Shown here: piece by piece, positions 18,327 through 29,880 of the stretch | Layout of the letters: each line of letters opens with the position of its first letter | Position numbering within the stretch: position 1 is the first letter of the stretch | Assembly: GCA_965221165.1 (NCBI GenBank) | Contig: CBDCRP010000003.1 | Span: 160,001 to 224,000 of the forward strand | Direction: 5' to 3' | DNA: 64,000 nt | DNA from: a bacterium | GTDB lineage: Bacteria; UBA8248 | The notes under the pieces: model-generated | What the model was told of the DNA's origin: nothing | Database searches by the model: none | Seen by the model: only the letters and a program-made list of their open reading frames with translations | Made by a program: the position numbers and the translations under genes

Positions 18327-19694
18327 TTATCGCCTTGCTTTTCTGCTTTGCCTTCGTGGAGCGCTCGTCCCCCTTTGGCGGAAGCTGACCCGAAGCGGCG
18401 TACCCTCAAAATTAAACCGCTCTCTCAATCTGTTTTCCACGTACCTCCCGTATTGCTCCACGGGAATTTTGCTTGTGAGACTCGTGAAGAGTATGACATG
18501 AGGCGGAGAAACAGCGCTTTGCGTGGCATAATACACCTTGGGGCGTCGCCCCCCCGAAATGCTGGGCGGGGGGTGCGCATGAATGATTTCCGAAATCGCC
18601 CGATTCAGTTGTCCGGTGGGCACACGCCTGACATGAGACGCATATATCTTCTCCACCACATCAAAAACACGCTCACATCTCTGCCCCGTCAGGGCGGACA
18701 CCGAAAGAACCGGCGCGAAATGGATGTGGACCAGTTTGTCTTTGATCTCACGTACTTTCTCGTCAAAGGTTTTGCCCTCTTTCGCCAGCAGATCCCATTT
18801 GTTCAACAAAATCGCGCAGGCGCGGCCGGATTCCTTGATGTGGCGGGCTATCTGCGCGTCCATTGTTCTCGGACCTTCCGTCGCATCGATGAGAAGCACA
18901 GCGATCTGGGCGCGCTCTATGCTGCGGTAAGCCATAATCATGCTCACCGCTTCCACCTGGCGCTTGCCAATCTTTCCTCTTCTCCTGATGCCGGCCGTAT
19001 CCACGAGGCGATAAGATTTTCCCTCTCTCACACAAAGGGAATCGACCGGGTCTCGCGTCGTACCTGGCACAGGACTCACCAGAGTTCGCTCGCTTCCTAG
19101 AATTTGATTCACAAAAGAGGATTTTCCCACATTCGGGCGACCGACGACGGCGATGCGACGCTCATCCGCGCCCTCGGCCTCCTCGGTCTCGGTTGCACTC
19201 GATGCGATGCGAATCGCCTCATCCATCACATCGGACACGCCCGATCCATGCTCCGCAGAAACGGGCCAAACTTCCCCAAGACCCAGTTGGTAAAAATCCC
19301 ATTCCGTCTCACGCGTGCGCTTGGAATCGGATTTGTTCACGATGAGAAGCACCGGTTTTTGTGAGATGCGGATCATTTGCGCGACTTCATGATCCCCGGG
19401 AAGGAGACCCTCGATTCCATCAACCAGGAACAAAACGACATCGCTTTCCTCCATGGCGGCCGCCGTCTGCTCCTGAATTTTCGGTAAGAACGGATCGCCT
19501 TCCGATGCAACGATGCCACCCGTGTCGACGGCGAGAAATTTCTTGCCCTCCCAGTCGCCCTCGCCGTAACGCCTGTCCCGGGTTACTCCTGGCTCTGCCT
19601 GCACGATAGCGTCGCGTCTGCCTATGAGACGATTGAAGAACGTGGATTTCCCCACATTCGGGCGACCGACGATGACGAAGACGGGAGAAGCCAT
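18327..19694 (-). CDS. der: Ribosome biogenesis GTPase Der
   Basis: Two GRPNVGKS G-domains, GVTRDR, DTAGIRR, KH-like C-terminus. Confidence 0.97.
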   Translation of the reverse strand: MASPVFVIVGRPNVGKSTFFNRLIGRRDAIVQAEPGVTRDRRYGEGDWEGKKFLAVDTGGIVASEGDPFLPKIQEQTAAAMEESDVVLFLVDGIEGLLPGDHEVAQMIRISQKPVLLIVNKSDSKRTRETEWDFYQLGLGEVWPVSAEHGSGVSDVMDEAIRIASSATETEEAEGADERRIAVVGRPNVGKSSFVNQILGSERTLVSPVPGTTRDPVDSLCVREGKSYRLVDTAGIRRRGKIGKRQVEAVSMIMAYRSIERAQIAVLLIDATEGPRTMDAQIARHIKESGRACAILLNKWDLLAKEGKTFDEKVREIKDKLVHIHFAPVLSVSALTGQRCERVFDVVEKIYASHVRRVPTGQLNRAISEIIHAHPPPSISGGRRPKVYYATQSAVSPPHVILFTSLTSKIPVEQYGRYVENRLRERFNFEGTPLRVSFRQRGTSAPRRQSRKARR

Positions 19695-19724
19695 GGAAGT
19701 GTTTCCAGATGAGAAAAATGCGCT

Positions 19725-21047
19725 TCAGCGCTTCAGGGCGCTCGTTCCGGCTTTTCTGGAGCCGATACCCACAAACTGCATCATACCTTTTGCAATCCCT
19801 TCCGCAAGCGCTTGGCGATATTTCGGGCTGCGCATTCGTCGCACTTCTCTGCGGTTCGACATGAAGGCGACCTCGACCAATATGCTCGGCATCTGAGCAC
19901 CGAGGAGCACATAAAACGGCCCCCGCTTCACGCCCAAATCCCGGACGCCGAGATAGCCCGGCCTGAGACGCGAAAGCATCGCTTGCTGAACCTGTTGCGC
20001 CAACTCCCGCGACTCCTTGACCTTCGACCTCAACCCGAGGTCATGCAGTATCTTTTGCAAATCGCTCATCCGCGCGAGGGTCGTCCCGCTTTCTCTGGCC
20101 GCTAACCTAAGCGCCCTTTTCGATGAGGCCTCACTCAGAAGGTAGGTTTCGATTCCATGGATGCGCCGCGAACGTGCGCTGTTTGCATGGATCGACACAA
20201 AGATATCCGCATCATGATCGTTGGCAAACGATGTCCTGCGGTGAAGGGAAATATATCGATCAGAAGTTCTGGTGAGATAGATTCGGTTTCCGGGCAGGAT
20301 TCGCCTCAGCACTCGTTTCATACGAAGCGCAATGTCCAAGGCGATACTTTTTTCTTTCAGGCCGGACCGACCGACTGCGCCCGGGTCCTTGCCACCATGC
20401 CCTGGGTCCAAGACGATTCTGCCAAGGCCGTGGCGAAACCTTTGGGCCGAGTTCATCTCACGGCGCTTCAACCTCCCGGAGAGTTTTCCGCGGGGAGGCA
20501 CCCTGCGCGCGCGGTCGGATTTTCCCGGTTTCGAACGCCTGGGCCCTTCCCTCTTTGCAAGTTTCGAGGTGACCGTGCTTTTCGCCCATACGTCAATTAC
20601 GATGCGTTGCGGACTCGGGAGAGTGAAAATTCGGTGTTTGATATCATGTTTTTTCGCAATATCAACCACGAGGCGCAAGCTGTTCTTCTTCGGTTTGCCG
20701 AACCTAAGCCGAGATACGATACTTCTTCCTGGTTGAAATTTCGGAATTTGAGCGCCTCGTTCAATGCGCCCGCGAGGGATGTCAATAAAAATTCGCGTGG
20801 GCCCCTTCAAGACGCCCGATTTAAAACCAAATATTTCTTGGTTCACTATCAAGACTATCCGTGCATAACTTGTGGTGGAGAATTGCCGAACCCCAAGAAT
20901 GCGCGCGTCCAATTCGCGCGCGGCAAGCGCGGTACCCCCACCCTCCGCCCAAAAGACAAGAAGAAAAACGAAGATGAGAAATAAATTCCCCGACTGCGGT
21001 TCGGTCTTTTTTCTGCTACACAACGTGGCGACCAAATTTCCGGCCAC
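19725..21047 (-). CDS. N-acetylmuramoyl-L-alanine amidase (AMIN + Amidase_3, AmiC-like)
   Basis: LDPGHGGKDPGA, EK, SIHAN, ILVEVAF; start uncertain. Confidence 0.92.
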   Translation of the reverse strand: MAGNLVATLCSRKKTEPQSGNLFLIFVFLLVFWAEGGGTALAARELDARILGVRQFSTTSYARIVLIVNQEIFGFKSGVLKGPTRIFIDIPRGRIERGAQIPKFQPGRSIVSRLRFGKPKKNSLRLVVDIAKKHDIKHRIFTLPSPQRIVIDVWAKSTVTSKLAKREGPRRSKPGKSDRARRVPPRGKLSGRLKRREMNSAQRFRHGLGRIVLDPGHGGKDPGAVGRSGLKEKSIALDIALRMKRVLRRILPGNRIYLTRTSDRYISLHRRTSFANDHDADIFVSIHANSARSRRIHGIETYLLSEASSKRALRLAARESGTTLARMSDLQKILHDLGLRSKVKESRELAQQVQQAMLSRLRPGYLGVRDLGVKRGPFYVLLGAQMPSILVEVAFMSNRREVRRMRSPKYRQALAEGIAKGMMQFVGIGSRKAGTSALKR

Positions 21048-21092
21048 AGAAACTTCCCCCGCAGCGGGCGGCGTATTGAATGCGGAGCAGCT

Positions 21093-22382
<1,290 letters not shown>

Positions 22383-22402
22383 TTATTTCGCGTTACGATA
22401 TT

Positions 22403-23581
22403 TTACGCTCCGACAGCAGTATTCAAATCGGCTATCTTATCCGTTTTCTCCCAGGTGAACTCAGGTTCATCACGGCCAAAGTGGCCATAAGCCGCCGTGT
22501 TTTTGAAGATGGGGCGGCGCAAGTCGAGTTGTTCGATAATTTCCCTGGGTTTGAGGCCGAATACGTCGCGGATGGCTCTTGAGAGATCATTCGGATCCAC
22601 ATGGCCCGTTCCAAAATCATCCACCAAAACGGAAACGGGGTCCGCCACGCCAATGGCGTAAGCGAGTTGCACTTCCGCTTTCTCCGCAAGTCCTGCGGCA
22701 ACGATGTTCTTGGCGATATATCTCCCCATGTAGGCGGCTGAGCGGTCCACCTTCGAGGGGTCTTTCCCTGAAAATGCGCCACCTCCGTGTCTACTATATC
22801 CTCCATAAGTATCCACGATGATTTTCCGGCCCGTAAGCCCCGTATCGCACATCGGCCCGCCAATGACGAAAAGCCCGGTTGGATTCACATAAAATTCAGT
22901 ATCCTCTGTCGTCATACCATCCGGGAGTATGGGACGTATCACCTCCTGAATGATGTCCTCGCGTATCTGCTCGAGGCTCACGTCCGGAGAATGCTGAGCG
23001 GAGATGACAACATTGTCGATTGCCACAGGTTTGTCGTCTTCATAGCGGACGGACACCTGGCTTTTACTGTCAGGCCTCAGGTAGTCCAAAGCGCCACTTC
23101 TTCTCACTTCCGATGTTCTGCGAACCAACTTATGGGCCAACATGATGGGCAGGGGCATCAATTCCTCTGATTCCCGGCAAGCGAATCCAAACATCATCCC
23201 TTGATCGCCCGCGCCTTGTTCCTGGAAAAGGCCCTCTCCTTCCGTCACCCCTTGAGAGATGTTGGGAGATTGCTTGTCTATCGCCGTGACGACCGAACAT
23301 GTATTGCAATCAAAACCATATGCCGAATTGTCGTAGCCGATTTGCCGTATCGTCTCGCGTGCGATCTCGCGCGCATCATAATTCGCCACCGTCGTAATCT
23401 CACCGGCCACGAATACAATACCCGTCGTGATGAGCGTTTCACATGCAACGCGACCGTTAGGGTCGTCATGAAAAATGGCGTCTAAAACAGAATCGCTAAC
23501 TTGATCGGCAATTTTGTCAGGATGTCCTTCCGAGACGGACTCGGAAGTAAAAATGTAATTTCTCCCATGATTGGAACCCAT
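22403..23581 (-). CDS. metK: S-adenosylmethionine synthase
   Basis: [27 protein letters not shown]. Confidence 0.98.
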   Translation of the reverse strand: MGSNHGRNYIFTSESVSEGHPDKIADQVSDSVLDAIFHDDPNGRVACETLITTGIVFVAGEITTVANYDAREIARETIRQIGYDNSAYGFDCNTCSVVTAIDKQSPNISQGVTEGEGLFQEQGAGDQGMMFGFACRESEELMPLPIMLAHKLVRRTSEVRRSGALDYLRPDSKSQVSVRYEDDKPVAIDNVVISAQHSPDVSLEQIREDIIQEVIRPILPDGMTTEDTEFYVNPTGLFVIGGPMCDTGLTGRKIIVDTYGGYSRHGGGAFSGKDPSKVDRSAAYMGRYIAKNIVAAGLAEKAEVQLAYAIGVADPVSVLVDDFGTGHVDPNDLSRAIRDVFGLKPREIIEQLDLRRPIFKNTAAYGHFGRDEPEFTWEKTDKIADLNTAVGA

Positions 23582-23878
23582 CTACAATCTCCCAGGAATT
23601 GGAGGTCGCCATTGAATCGAACAAGAACGCCTCACTAGACTATATCCATTTTCTGGCGTCTTTTATCATTTCTTGAATTTGGACGGAAGTGCCCGGGGAA
23701 AATGTTGTTTATTCGTAAAACTACCTATGAGGAAATCGCCGGATTCGCGCCGAGACGAAAATTTCTTCACGCAAAATATCTATATTAAAGTATTATTTAT
23801 CAATACTTTAAACGTAGTTTCATATAATTCACATCAAAATAATGTGTTTTTGCATATCCTGCGCGTTTTCAGTAAACT

Positions 23879-24160
23879 CTATTCCATCTCTCCAAAGCCA
23901 GACCGGATCAAGTCCGCCAATTCGGCCACCGCCGCATCTTCATCCGAACCGTACGCGCTTATGAGGAGTTCCGATCCGGGAGTTGCGGCAAGCATCATGA
24001 CGCCCATAATGCTTTTCCCATCTACCTCCATATCACGGAATCGAACGAAAATTTCACTCTCGAATTTGCTCGATAGCCTCACGAATTTGGCCGCTGCCCT
24101 GGCATGAAGCCCCATTTGATTGCTAATGCCGACTCTTTCTTCCGCCATAACGGCGTTCAT
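23879..24160 (-). CDS. ptsH: Phosphocarrier protein HPr/NPr
   Basis: GLHARAA and DGKSIMG motifs. Confidence 0.93.
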   Translation of the reverse strand: MNAVMAEERVGISNQMGLHARAAAKFVRLSSKFESEIFVRFRDMEVDGKSIMGVMMLAATPGSELLISAYGSDEDAAVAELADLIRSGFGEME

Positions 24161-24579
24161 TCCTCCTTGGCTGGGCGTTGTTTCACGGAATTGATCATTT
24201 CGCTCGGTTGGGCCAGGTTCCGCCTCCCATACTCCACCAAAAAACGCGCCGCTTCGGAGACGGTCTTTCCCTTGATGAACGACAATTTCAAAAGCATCGG
24301 CAAATTCACTCCCGTCACTACTTCTACCCCAGGATGGTTCAGCATGGCGAGGGCCGCATTCGTAGGAGCACCCCCCATCATATCCGTCATAATAATCACC
24401 CCCTCGCCCGATTCTACCTCAGTAACTGCTTTTTCAATTTTTTCCGTGAATCCGGCGGGGTCGGCGTCAGGTTTCAAGGACAGTGCCTTCATTTGGGTTG
24501 CGCCGGACAATACGGACTCGGCCGCATGCAGCAACGCATCCGGATAATCCCCATGACCGACTATCACCAAACCTATCAT
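24157..24579 (-). CDS. PTS EIIA mannose/fructose-type component
   Basis: MIGLVIVGHG, DMMGGAP.N, TGVNLPML; start reassigned to ATG 24579. Confidence 0.9.
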   Translation of the reverse strand: MIGLVIVGHGDYPDALLHAAESVLSGATQMKALSLKPDADPAGFTEKIEKAVTEVESGEGVIIMTDMMGGAPTNAALAMLNHPGVEVVTGVNLPMLLKLSFIKGKTVSEAARFLVEYGRRNLAQPSEMINSVKQRPAKEE

Positions 24580-24607
24580 GCGAAACCTCTTCTTTTCCCC
24601 CGTCCGT

Positions 24608-25561
24608 CTAGCTCGTCGATTCGAGCGCAATCCGGGCGGAGAGAGCACGGCTGAATTCTTCTGCCGAGAAATAGCCCATTCTTTGCAACAAAAGGTTCCT
24701 GGCCGCTACCTCAATGAGCGTGGGGATATTCCTCCCTGGAGCAACGGGAATTTTCACGTGCGGCAAGTATTTGTCCAAGATGTTTTGAGTCTCGATGTCG
24801 ATTCCGAGACGTTCGAAAGACAAGTCCGGGCTCCAGGGGATCAACTCAACGATGATGTCGACATTTTTTTCATATCGAATCGCCACGACGCCGAAAAGAT
24901 CTTTCAGGTTCAGGATTCCAAGCCCTCTCACCTCGATATGGTGTTTGAGCAGTTCCGTGCTTTTTCCGACCAACTCATTCCCGCGCAACTGGATATCCAC
25001 CACATCGTCGGCGACGAGCCGATGTCCTCGTGTGACGAGATGGAGCGCACACTCACTTTTCCCGATGCCGCTTTTCCCTTGAATAAGTACGCCGACACCA
25101 TACAAATCCACAAGAACGCCATGCAGCCGCGCATGCTGGGAAAGGTGTTCCTCGAGATATCCCGACAATTTCGGCATCAACTCCTTGCCGTGCAATCCCG
25201 AGAGCATAATCGGCACACCGTATTGATCGGATGCCTCCTTGATGCTCGGGACAATGTATTTCCCACCCGTAACCAGCACGGCGCACAGCGGCATACGAAA
25301 ATATTTGCGCACCGCTTCGATTCGCTCCTCCTCCTTCAGGTCTTCCAAAAAACCGACCTCGGTGTTGCCCCACACCTGAACCCTGTCCGGATGCACGGCT
25401 TTCAAAAATCCGGCAAGAGGCAAACCATTTTTCTGAAAGTGCGTATGATTAATCTGGCGGCCCATACCGGATTCGCCCGAGAGTATGGATAACCTCAACT
25501 CTTCACGCAGGTCTTCGTACAATTGAGATACCGAAAGCTTACTCATCACGTTCCTCGACAA
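24608..25561 (-). CDS. hprK: HPr kinase/phosphorylase
   Basis: HGVLVD.YGVG.LI.GKSGIGKSE.AL.L..RGHRLVADD, E.RGLGI; start may be ATG 25546. Confidence 0.95.
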   Translation of the reverse strand: MSRNVMSKLSVSQLYEDLREELRLSILSGESGMGRQINHTHFQKNGLPLAGFLKAVHPDRVQVWGNTEVGFLEDLKEEERIEAVRKYFRMPLCAVLVTGGKYIVPSIKEASDQYGVPIMLSGLHGKELMPKLSGYLEEHLSQHARLHGVLVDLYGVGVLIQGKSGIGKSECALHLVTRGHRLVADDVVDIQLRGNELVGKSTELLKHHIEVRGLGILNLKDLFGVVAIRYEKNVDIIVELIPWSPDLSFERLGIDIETQNILDKYLPHVKIPVAPGRNIPTLIEVAARNLLLQRMGYFSAEEFSRALSARIALESTS

Positions 25562-25799
25562 TCAATACGCCTCATGGAATGCAATGTCCGCCCTCGGGGA
25601 TGAGAGTGAATTTCCCTAGCAAACCTCCGAGCACCATGCTACTTACCAGATGTTGGAACGCCCAGCCTTCGTGGATGATAACAAACATCTTCGAGTTTTT
25701 CAGATAAACCACTAGCCATGAGGCTTCGTGCCCCGCCCCTGTGAACCACGGAGTGCGTGGGGGCGAAATGCGAATCAACGCACAAGCCACACTTGGGCG

Positions 25800-27242
25800 T
25801 CATTTATATACTTTGCGTCTTTTACTAGTGGGAGAGATACGCAGTTCTTTGCGATATTTAGTCACCGTGCGCCTCGCTATCGCCACGTCATCCTGTTTGA
25901 GCCTGTCCACGATTTGTTGGTCGGTGAGCGGCTTTTGAGGGTTTTCCTGTTGCACCATTTTCCTGATGATTTCCTTAACAGCCACAGAAGAGGCGCTCCC
26001 TCCCGCACTCGATTCCAATCCGCTGTGGAAAAAATATTTGAAGCTCAAAACACCCTGCGGCGTATCCATGTACTTGCCCGTCGTTACACGACTTACGGTC
26101 GATTCATGCATCCCGATGTCTTGTGCCACATCTCTCAAAACCAGGGGTTTTAAACAACTCACGCCACGGTCCAGGAAATCCTTTTGGAAACGGACAATGC
26201 TCCGGGAAACTTTCAGAATCGTCTGCCTTCTTTGTTCTATACTTTTAACAAACCAGGTCGCGCTCCTAAGCCTTTCCTCCAAATATTTCCGCGTATCGGG
26301 AGAAGTTCCCGCTTTGTCGGCAACCATGGCCGCGTAAAGAGAATTGACGCGCAGGAACGGCAGGCCATCATCATTGAGCGTCACCTCATAATCATCTCCT
26401 CTTCTGGTGACGCTCACATCCGGGACCACTACCTCTACTCTTTCCTCGAAAAACTGTAAACCCGGACAAGGATCGAGGCTTCGAATAATGTGGATGGCCT
26501 CAATGATGTCACCCACATCGACGCTATTGGCCTTGGCGAGTTTCGCGTACTGCGCCTCACCTATCTTCTCGATATCCTTAAGCACCAAGACTCGCGCCAA
26601 ATCCAAGAAATGGCTATTTCCATTAACCGATAAAGCAGAATTTTTCAATTGTATAAGTAGGCATTCTTGAAGTGTTCTCGCAGCAACGCCGGGCGGGTTG
26701 AATCCCTGCACCAGCGCCAATGCCCTATCAGCCTCGAGAGGGCCCAAATCCACGCCGGTCGCCAATTCCTCCACTTCAGCCTCAAGGTAACCCTCATCGT
26801 TTATATTCCCAATAATTTGCTCGGCGACTCTAGCTACCGGCTCAGGAACTACCGAAAGACTCAATTGCCACTCCAGGTGTTCATGCAACGTATCGGGCCG
26901 CGTCAGGGTCTGCTCATGAGAAGGAAAATCATCATCAGAGGACGGGGGCGAGAAATCATCATAATTGTCTTGGACAATGTTTTCCCAATCGATTTCCACC
27001 TCGCCTCTTTCATCATTTGGACTCTCGGGAACATCATCCCTCAACTCTGGCATCTCCCCATCAGCCACTTCTCTCATTTCGTCCTGAAGTTCTTCCAGCA
27101 AGGGATTGTCCAGCATTTCCTGTTGAACGGCTTGTTGCATTTCCATGCGACTCAGAGACAAAAGGCCAATCGCCTGCCGCAACATGGCCGTCATGACGAG
27201 ACGCTGCTCCGCCCTCGTTGCCATCCTATGCTGCAAAGCCAT
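25800..27242 (-). CDS. rpoN: RNA polymerase sigma-54 factor
   Basis: HESTVSRVT and RpoN box ARRTVTKYR. Confidence 0.97.
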   Translation of the reverse strand: MALQHRMATRAEQRLVMTAMLRQAIGLLSLSRMEMQQAVQQEMLDNPLLEELQDEMREVADGEMPELRDDVPESPNDERGEVEIDWENIVQDNYDDFSPPSSDDDFPSHEQTLTRPDTLHEHLEWQLSLSVVPEPVARVAEQIIGNINDEGYLEAEVEELATGVDLGPLEADRALALVQGFNPPGVAARTLQECLLIQLKNSALSVNGNSHFLDLARVLVLKDIEKIGEAQYAKLAKANSVDVGDIIEAIHIIRSLDPCPGLQFFEERVEVVVPDVSVTRRGDDYEVTLNDDGLPFLRVNSLYAAMVADKAGTSPDTRKYLEERLRSATWFVKSIEQRRQTILKVSRSIVRFQKDFLDRGVSCLKPLVLRDVAQDIGMHESTVSRVTTGKYMDTPQGVLSFKYFFHSGLESSAGGSASSVAVKEIIRKMVQQENPQKPLTDQQIVDRLKQDDVAIARRTVTKYRKELRISPTSKRRKVYK

Positions 27243-27260
27243 TGTCTTATTCCTCTCGCC

Positions 27261-28025
27261 TCAGAGACGAAATTTTTCGCCCAGATAGACATCCCGGGTC
27301 TTATCGCTTACGGCAATTTCCTCTGGGAGGCCAGACTCCAGTATCCGACCCTCGTTGATAATGTACACCCTGTCGGATATCTGAAGGGTCTCGCGCACGT
27401 TATGGTCCGTGATGATGACTCCGATTCCCCGATCCTTTAAGCCCACCACAATGTCCTGGATATCGTGAACCACGATAGGGTCGATGCCTGCGAAAGGCTC
27501 ATCAAGGAGCATAAAAGTAGGCTCTGTGGCCAATGCCCGGGCAATTTCCACACGCCTTCGTTCGCCACCGGAGAGGGCATATCCCTTCACGGATTGAATG
27601 TGTTGAATATCCAAATCCTCTAAAATCTCATTCAATCGCCTTTCGCGCTGGCTTGAATCACGTAAAACCAGTTCAAGCACCGCCATGATGTTTTCCCTCA
27701 CTGAAAGACGTCGGAACACAGACGCCTCCTGAGGCAAATAACTAATTCCCAGCTTGGCGCGCATATACATGGGCTGGTCGGTGATTTCTCTGCCATTTAA
27801 AAAAATTTCCCCTGCATCCGGAACGATCAACCCGACAATCATATAAAATATCGTCGTCTTGCCGGCTCCGTTTGGTCCGAGCAAACCTACAATTTCGCCA
27901 GGATGCGCTTCGAGCTCCACACCGGAGACGACCTTACGGCCAGAATAGCTTTTCGTTAAACCTATGGCGCGTACAGAAACAACCCCTGCACGTCCTGTAA
28001 CATTGCCATTGGTTCTCGTAGCCAT
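27261..28025 (-). CDS. lptB: LPS export ABC transporter ATPase
   Basis: [42 protein letters not shown]; start set at ATG 28025. Confidence 0.95.
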   Translation of the reverse strand: MATRTNGNVTGRAGVVSVRAIGLTKSYSGRKVVSGVELEAHPGEIVGLLGPNGAGKTTIFYMIVGLIVPDAGEIFLNGREITDQPMYMRAKLGISYLPQEASVFRRLSVRENIMAVLELVLRDSSQRERRLNEILEDLDIQHIQSVKGYALSGGERRRVEIARALATEPTFMLLDEPFAGIDPIVVHDIQDIVVGLKDRGIGVIITDHNVRETLQISDRVYIINEGRILESGLPEEIAVSDKTRDVYLGEKFRL

Positions 28026-28029
28026 GAGT

Positions 28030-28623
28030 TTAGTTGGATTTCTTGCGGCGGGTCGTCTCGCTGGAAGGGAAAAGGGTAACGCTGACTCTCTGGCGACGCG
28101 AGCCATGAACTATCGTTTTATCTTCTCTCAAATTCAACTCTATTTTGGCGCCAACTAACTGATTCTTTCCTTCCCATACGCGAGGGCTGCCCGTCAAAAT
28201 GGCGATGCCGGTGGATTCTCGATATTCAAGCCGAGCAGCAGTGGCAAACCTTCTTTTCGCTTGATTCACTTTCACGTTTCCGATGGCCACAATTCTATCG
28301 ACTTCCCCCGCCCTGCCCTCGGGAATTGCTCTACGCTTCGCTCCCGTTCGTTTGACTTCCAGCGTATACACCTCGAGGCGATTCGCATTTATGCGCATGT
28401 TCCCTTGGTTTGCCTTTACACCCCCGATGAAGACGATGAGATTCTTCTGGCTGTTCACTTCCATCTTATCGGAGGTAATATGGATCGGAGCTTTGCGGTT
28501 TAATCGGCTTTTCTTGTTTTTTTCCTGTGCTGATGAATAAGCGTCACCCCATAACGAAAAAACCAAGCACAACCCCAAACCAATGAGGCCAAGACGCTTC
28601 AGGCGGTAGTTTTTCGATTTCAA
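28030..28623 (-). CDS. lptA: LPS transport periplasmic protein
   Basis: Signal peptide, PI.ITSD.M, OstA-like beta repeats; between lptC and lptB. Confidence 0.88.
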   Translation of the reverse strand: MKSKNYRLKRLGLIGLGLCLVFSLWGDAYSSAQEKNKKSRLNRKAPIHITSDKMEVNSQKNLIVFIGGVKANQGNMRINANRLEVYTLEVKRTGAKRRAIPEGRAGEVDRIVAIGNVKVNQAKRRFATAARLEYRESTGIAILTGSPRVWEGKNQLVGAKIELNLREDKTIVHGSRRQRVSVTLFPSSETTRRKKSN

Positions 28624-28658
28624 GACAGTCCTCCATTCGGGGTCAGCCGCATACTGCC

Positions 28659-29273
28659 TTAGTTGGCACGGATAAGTTTATTTCCTCTCCCCTGCTCGAG
28701 AGAATCCTCGCTCGCACCGTATATCGTCGCGCTCACTTTCTCCTTCAGCCTGTAATTCCCTATATCCGTTTGTCCCTGTAGACCCGTGCCCATAAGGCGA
28801 AAACGAGCCCCCTCCATCAAAACCCGCGAATCCGAATCAATGCGTTTTTCCTTCGATCGAAAATACAAAGAGTCTGTTTTCATTGAAACGCCATTTGACG
28901 CCAAGATGGTGACGTCGCCGCTAATTCTAATGTTCCGACTCTTGTTCTGCATGGTTCCTTGCTGGGCAGTCACATGTGCCGGCTCACCTTCTTTCGGATA
29001 AAAACGAAGGCGCAGGTTCTTCAAAATGGTCAAACCTTTTTTGCGGTACACCTTGGCAGAGTCCGCCCATAACTCCCACTCCCTCACACCCTCAGTGTTT
29101 TGAACGACATGCATCTTATCTATATCAAGATCCGCATCCGATCCTCTGAACGAAATATCTCCTATACGGAGATGATGAGAATCTGGAGATCCCAGAATAA
29201 AATAGGCAATTGTCCCGCCAATCGCGAGCAGAAAGCCCAGCAACACTATTCTCAACACCTTGCGGAAAAGCAT
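28659..29273 (-). CDS. lptC: LPS export protein LptC
   Basis: Single N-terminal TM, WEL.A.SA motif, position in lptCAB. Confidence 0.85.
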   Translation of the reverse strand: MLFRKVLRIVLLGFLLAIGGTIAYFILGSPDSHHLRIGDISFRGSDADLDIDKMHVVQNTEGVREWELWADSAKVYRKKGLTILKNLRLRFYPKEGEPAHVTAQQGTMQNKSRNIRISGDVTILASNGVSMKTDSLYFRSKEKRIDSDSRVLMEGARFRLMGTGLQGQTDIGNYRLKEKVSATIYGASEDSLEQGRGNKLIRAN

Positions 29274-29465
29274 CGCAAACCTTCTGAAACACAGGCGGTA
29301 TTTAACGCTCAGTACATGCCATATCTGCTACAAAAAGCTGATTCCCCCAAGTACCGCGAAATATATCTTCCGCTCCCACCTCTTTACCCAGAGGAGAAAA
29401 TATACGCAAAAACAATGCCCTATTAGCTTGCCACCCTTTTCTTTCTTTGTAAAGAAAAATTTATC

Positions 29466-29879
29466 TCATTGCCGGCAAATGGAAAGGCGTCGATTTTCTT
29501 CTCCCAAAATCTCAAACTTGACGTGAGTGGATACAGGGAAACGCCATTTTTCCACATGGTTCGGCCATTCAATCAATACGAAATCATTCTCTCCAACATG
29601 ATCCCACAAACCCATTCCCTCAAGGTCAGAATCTTTTGGAAGCCGATACAGGTCGATATGGTGAACAGGTGGCATGGTCGGATAATGGTGAACATAGATG
29701 AAAGTAGGGCTCCTGACGATTCGTCCTTCTCCCCCGGGCAACGATTCGATAAAACCTTTTGCAAATACGGTTTTCCCGGCGCCCAGGTCACCATCCAGCA
29801 AGATGGCCTCGCCGGGTCTTGAAGCTTTCGCTAACAGAGCGCCCAACTCGGCCGTTTGCTCAATTGAATTACTTTGCAT
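29466..29879 (-). CDS. tsaE: tRNA threonylcarbamoyladenosine biosynthesis ATPase
   Basis: GDLGAGKT, SPTF, H.DLYRL, IEWP; start reassigned. Confidence 0.93.
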   Translation of the reverse strand: MQSNSIEQTAELGALLAKASRPGEAILLDGDLGAGKTVFAKGFIESLPGGEGRIVRSPTFIYVHHYPTMPPVHHIDLYRLPKDSDLEGMGLWDHVGENDFVLIEWPNHVEKWRFPVSTHVKFEILGEENRRLSICRQ

Positions 29880-29880
29880 T

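Noticed and set aside
25572-25790. 72-aa ORF between rpoN and hprK as an hpf remnant
   Set aside because: No resemblance to HPF/RaiA and no clear RBS
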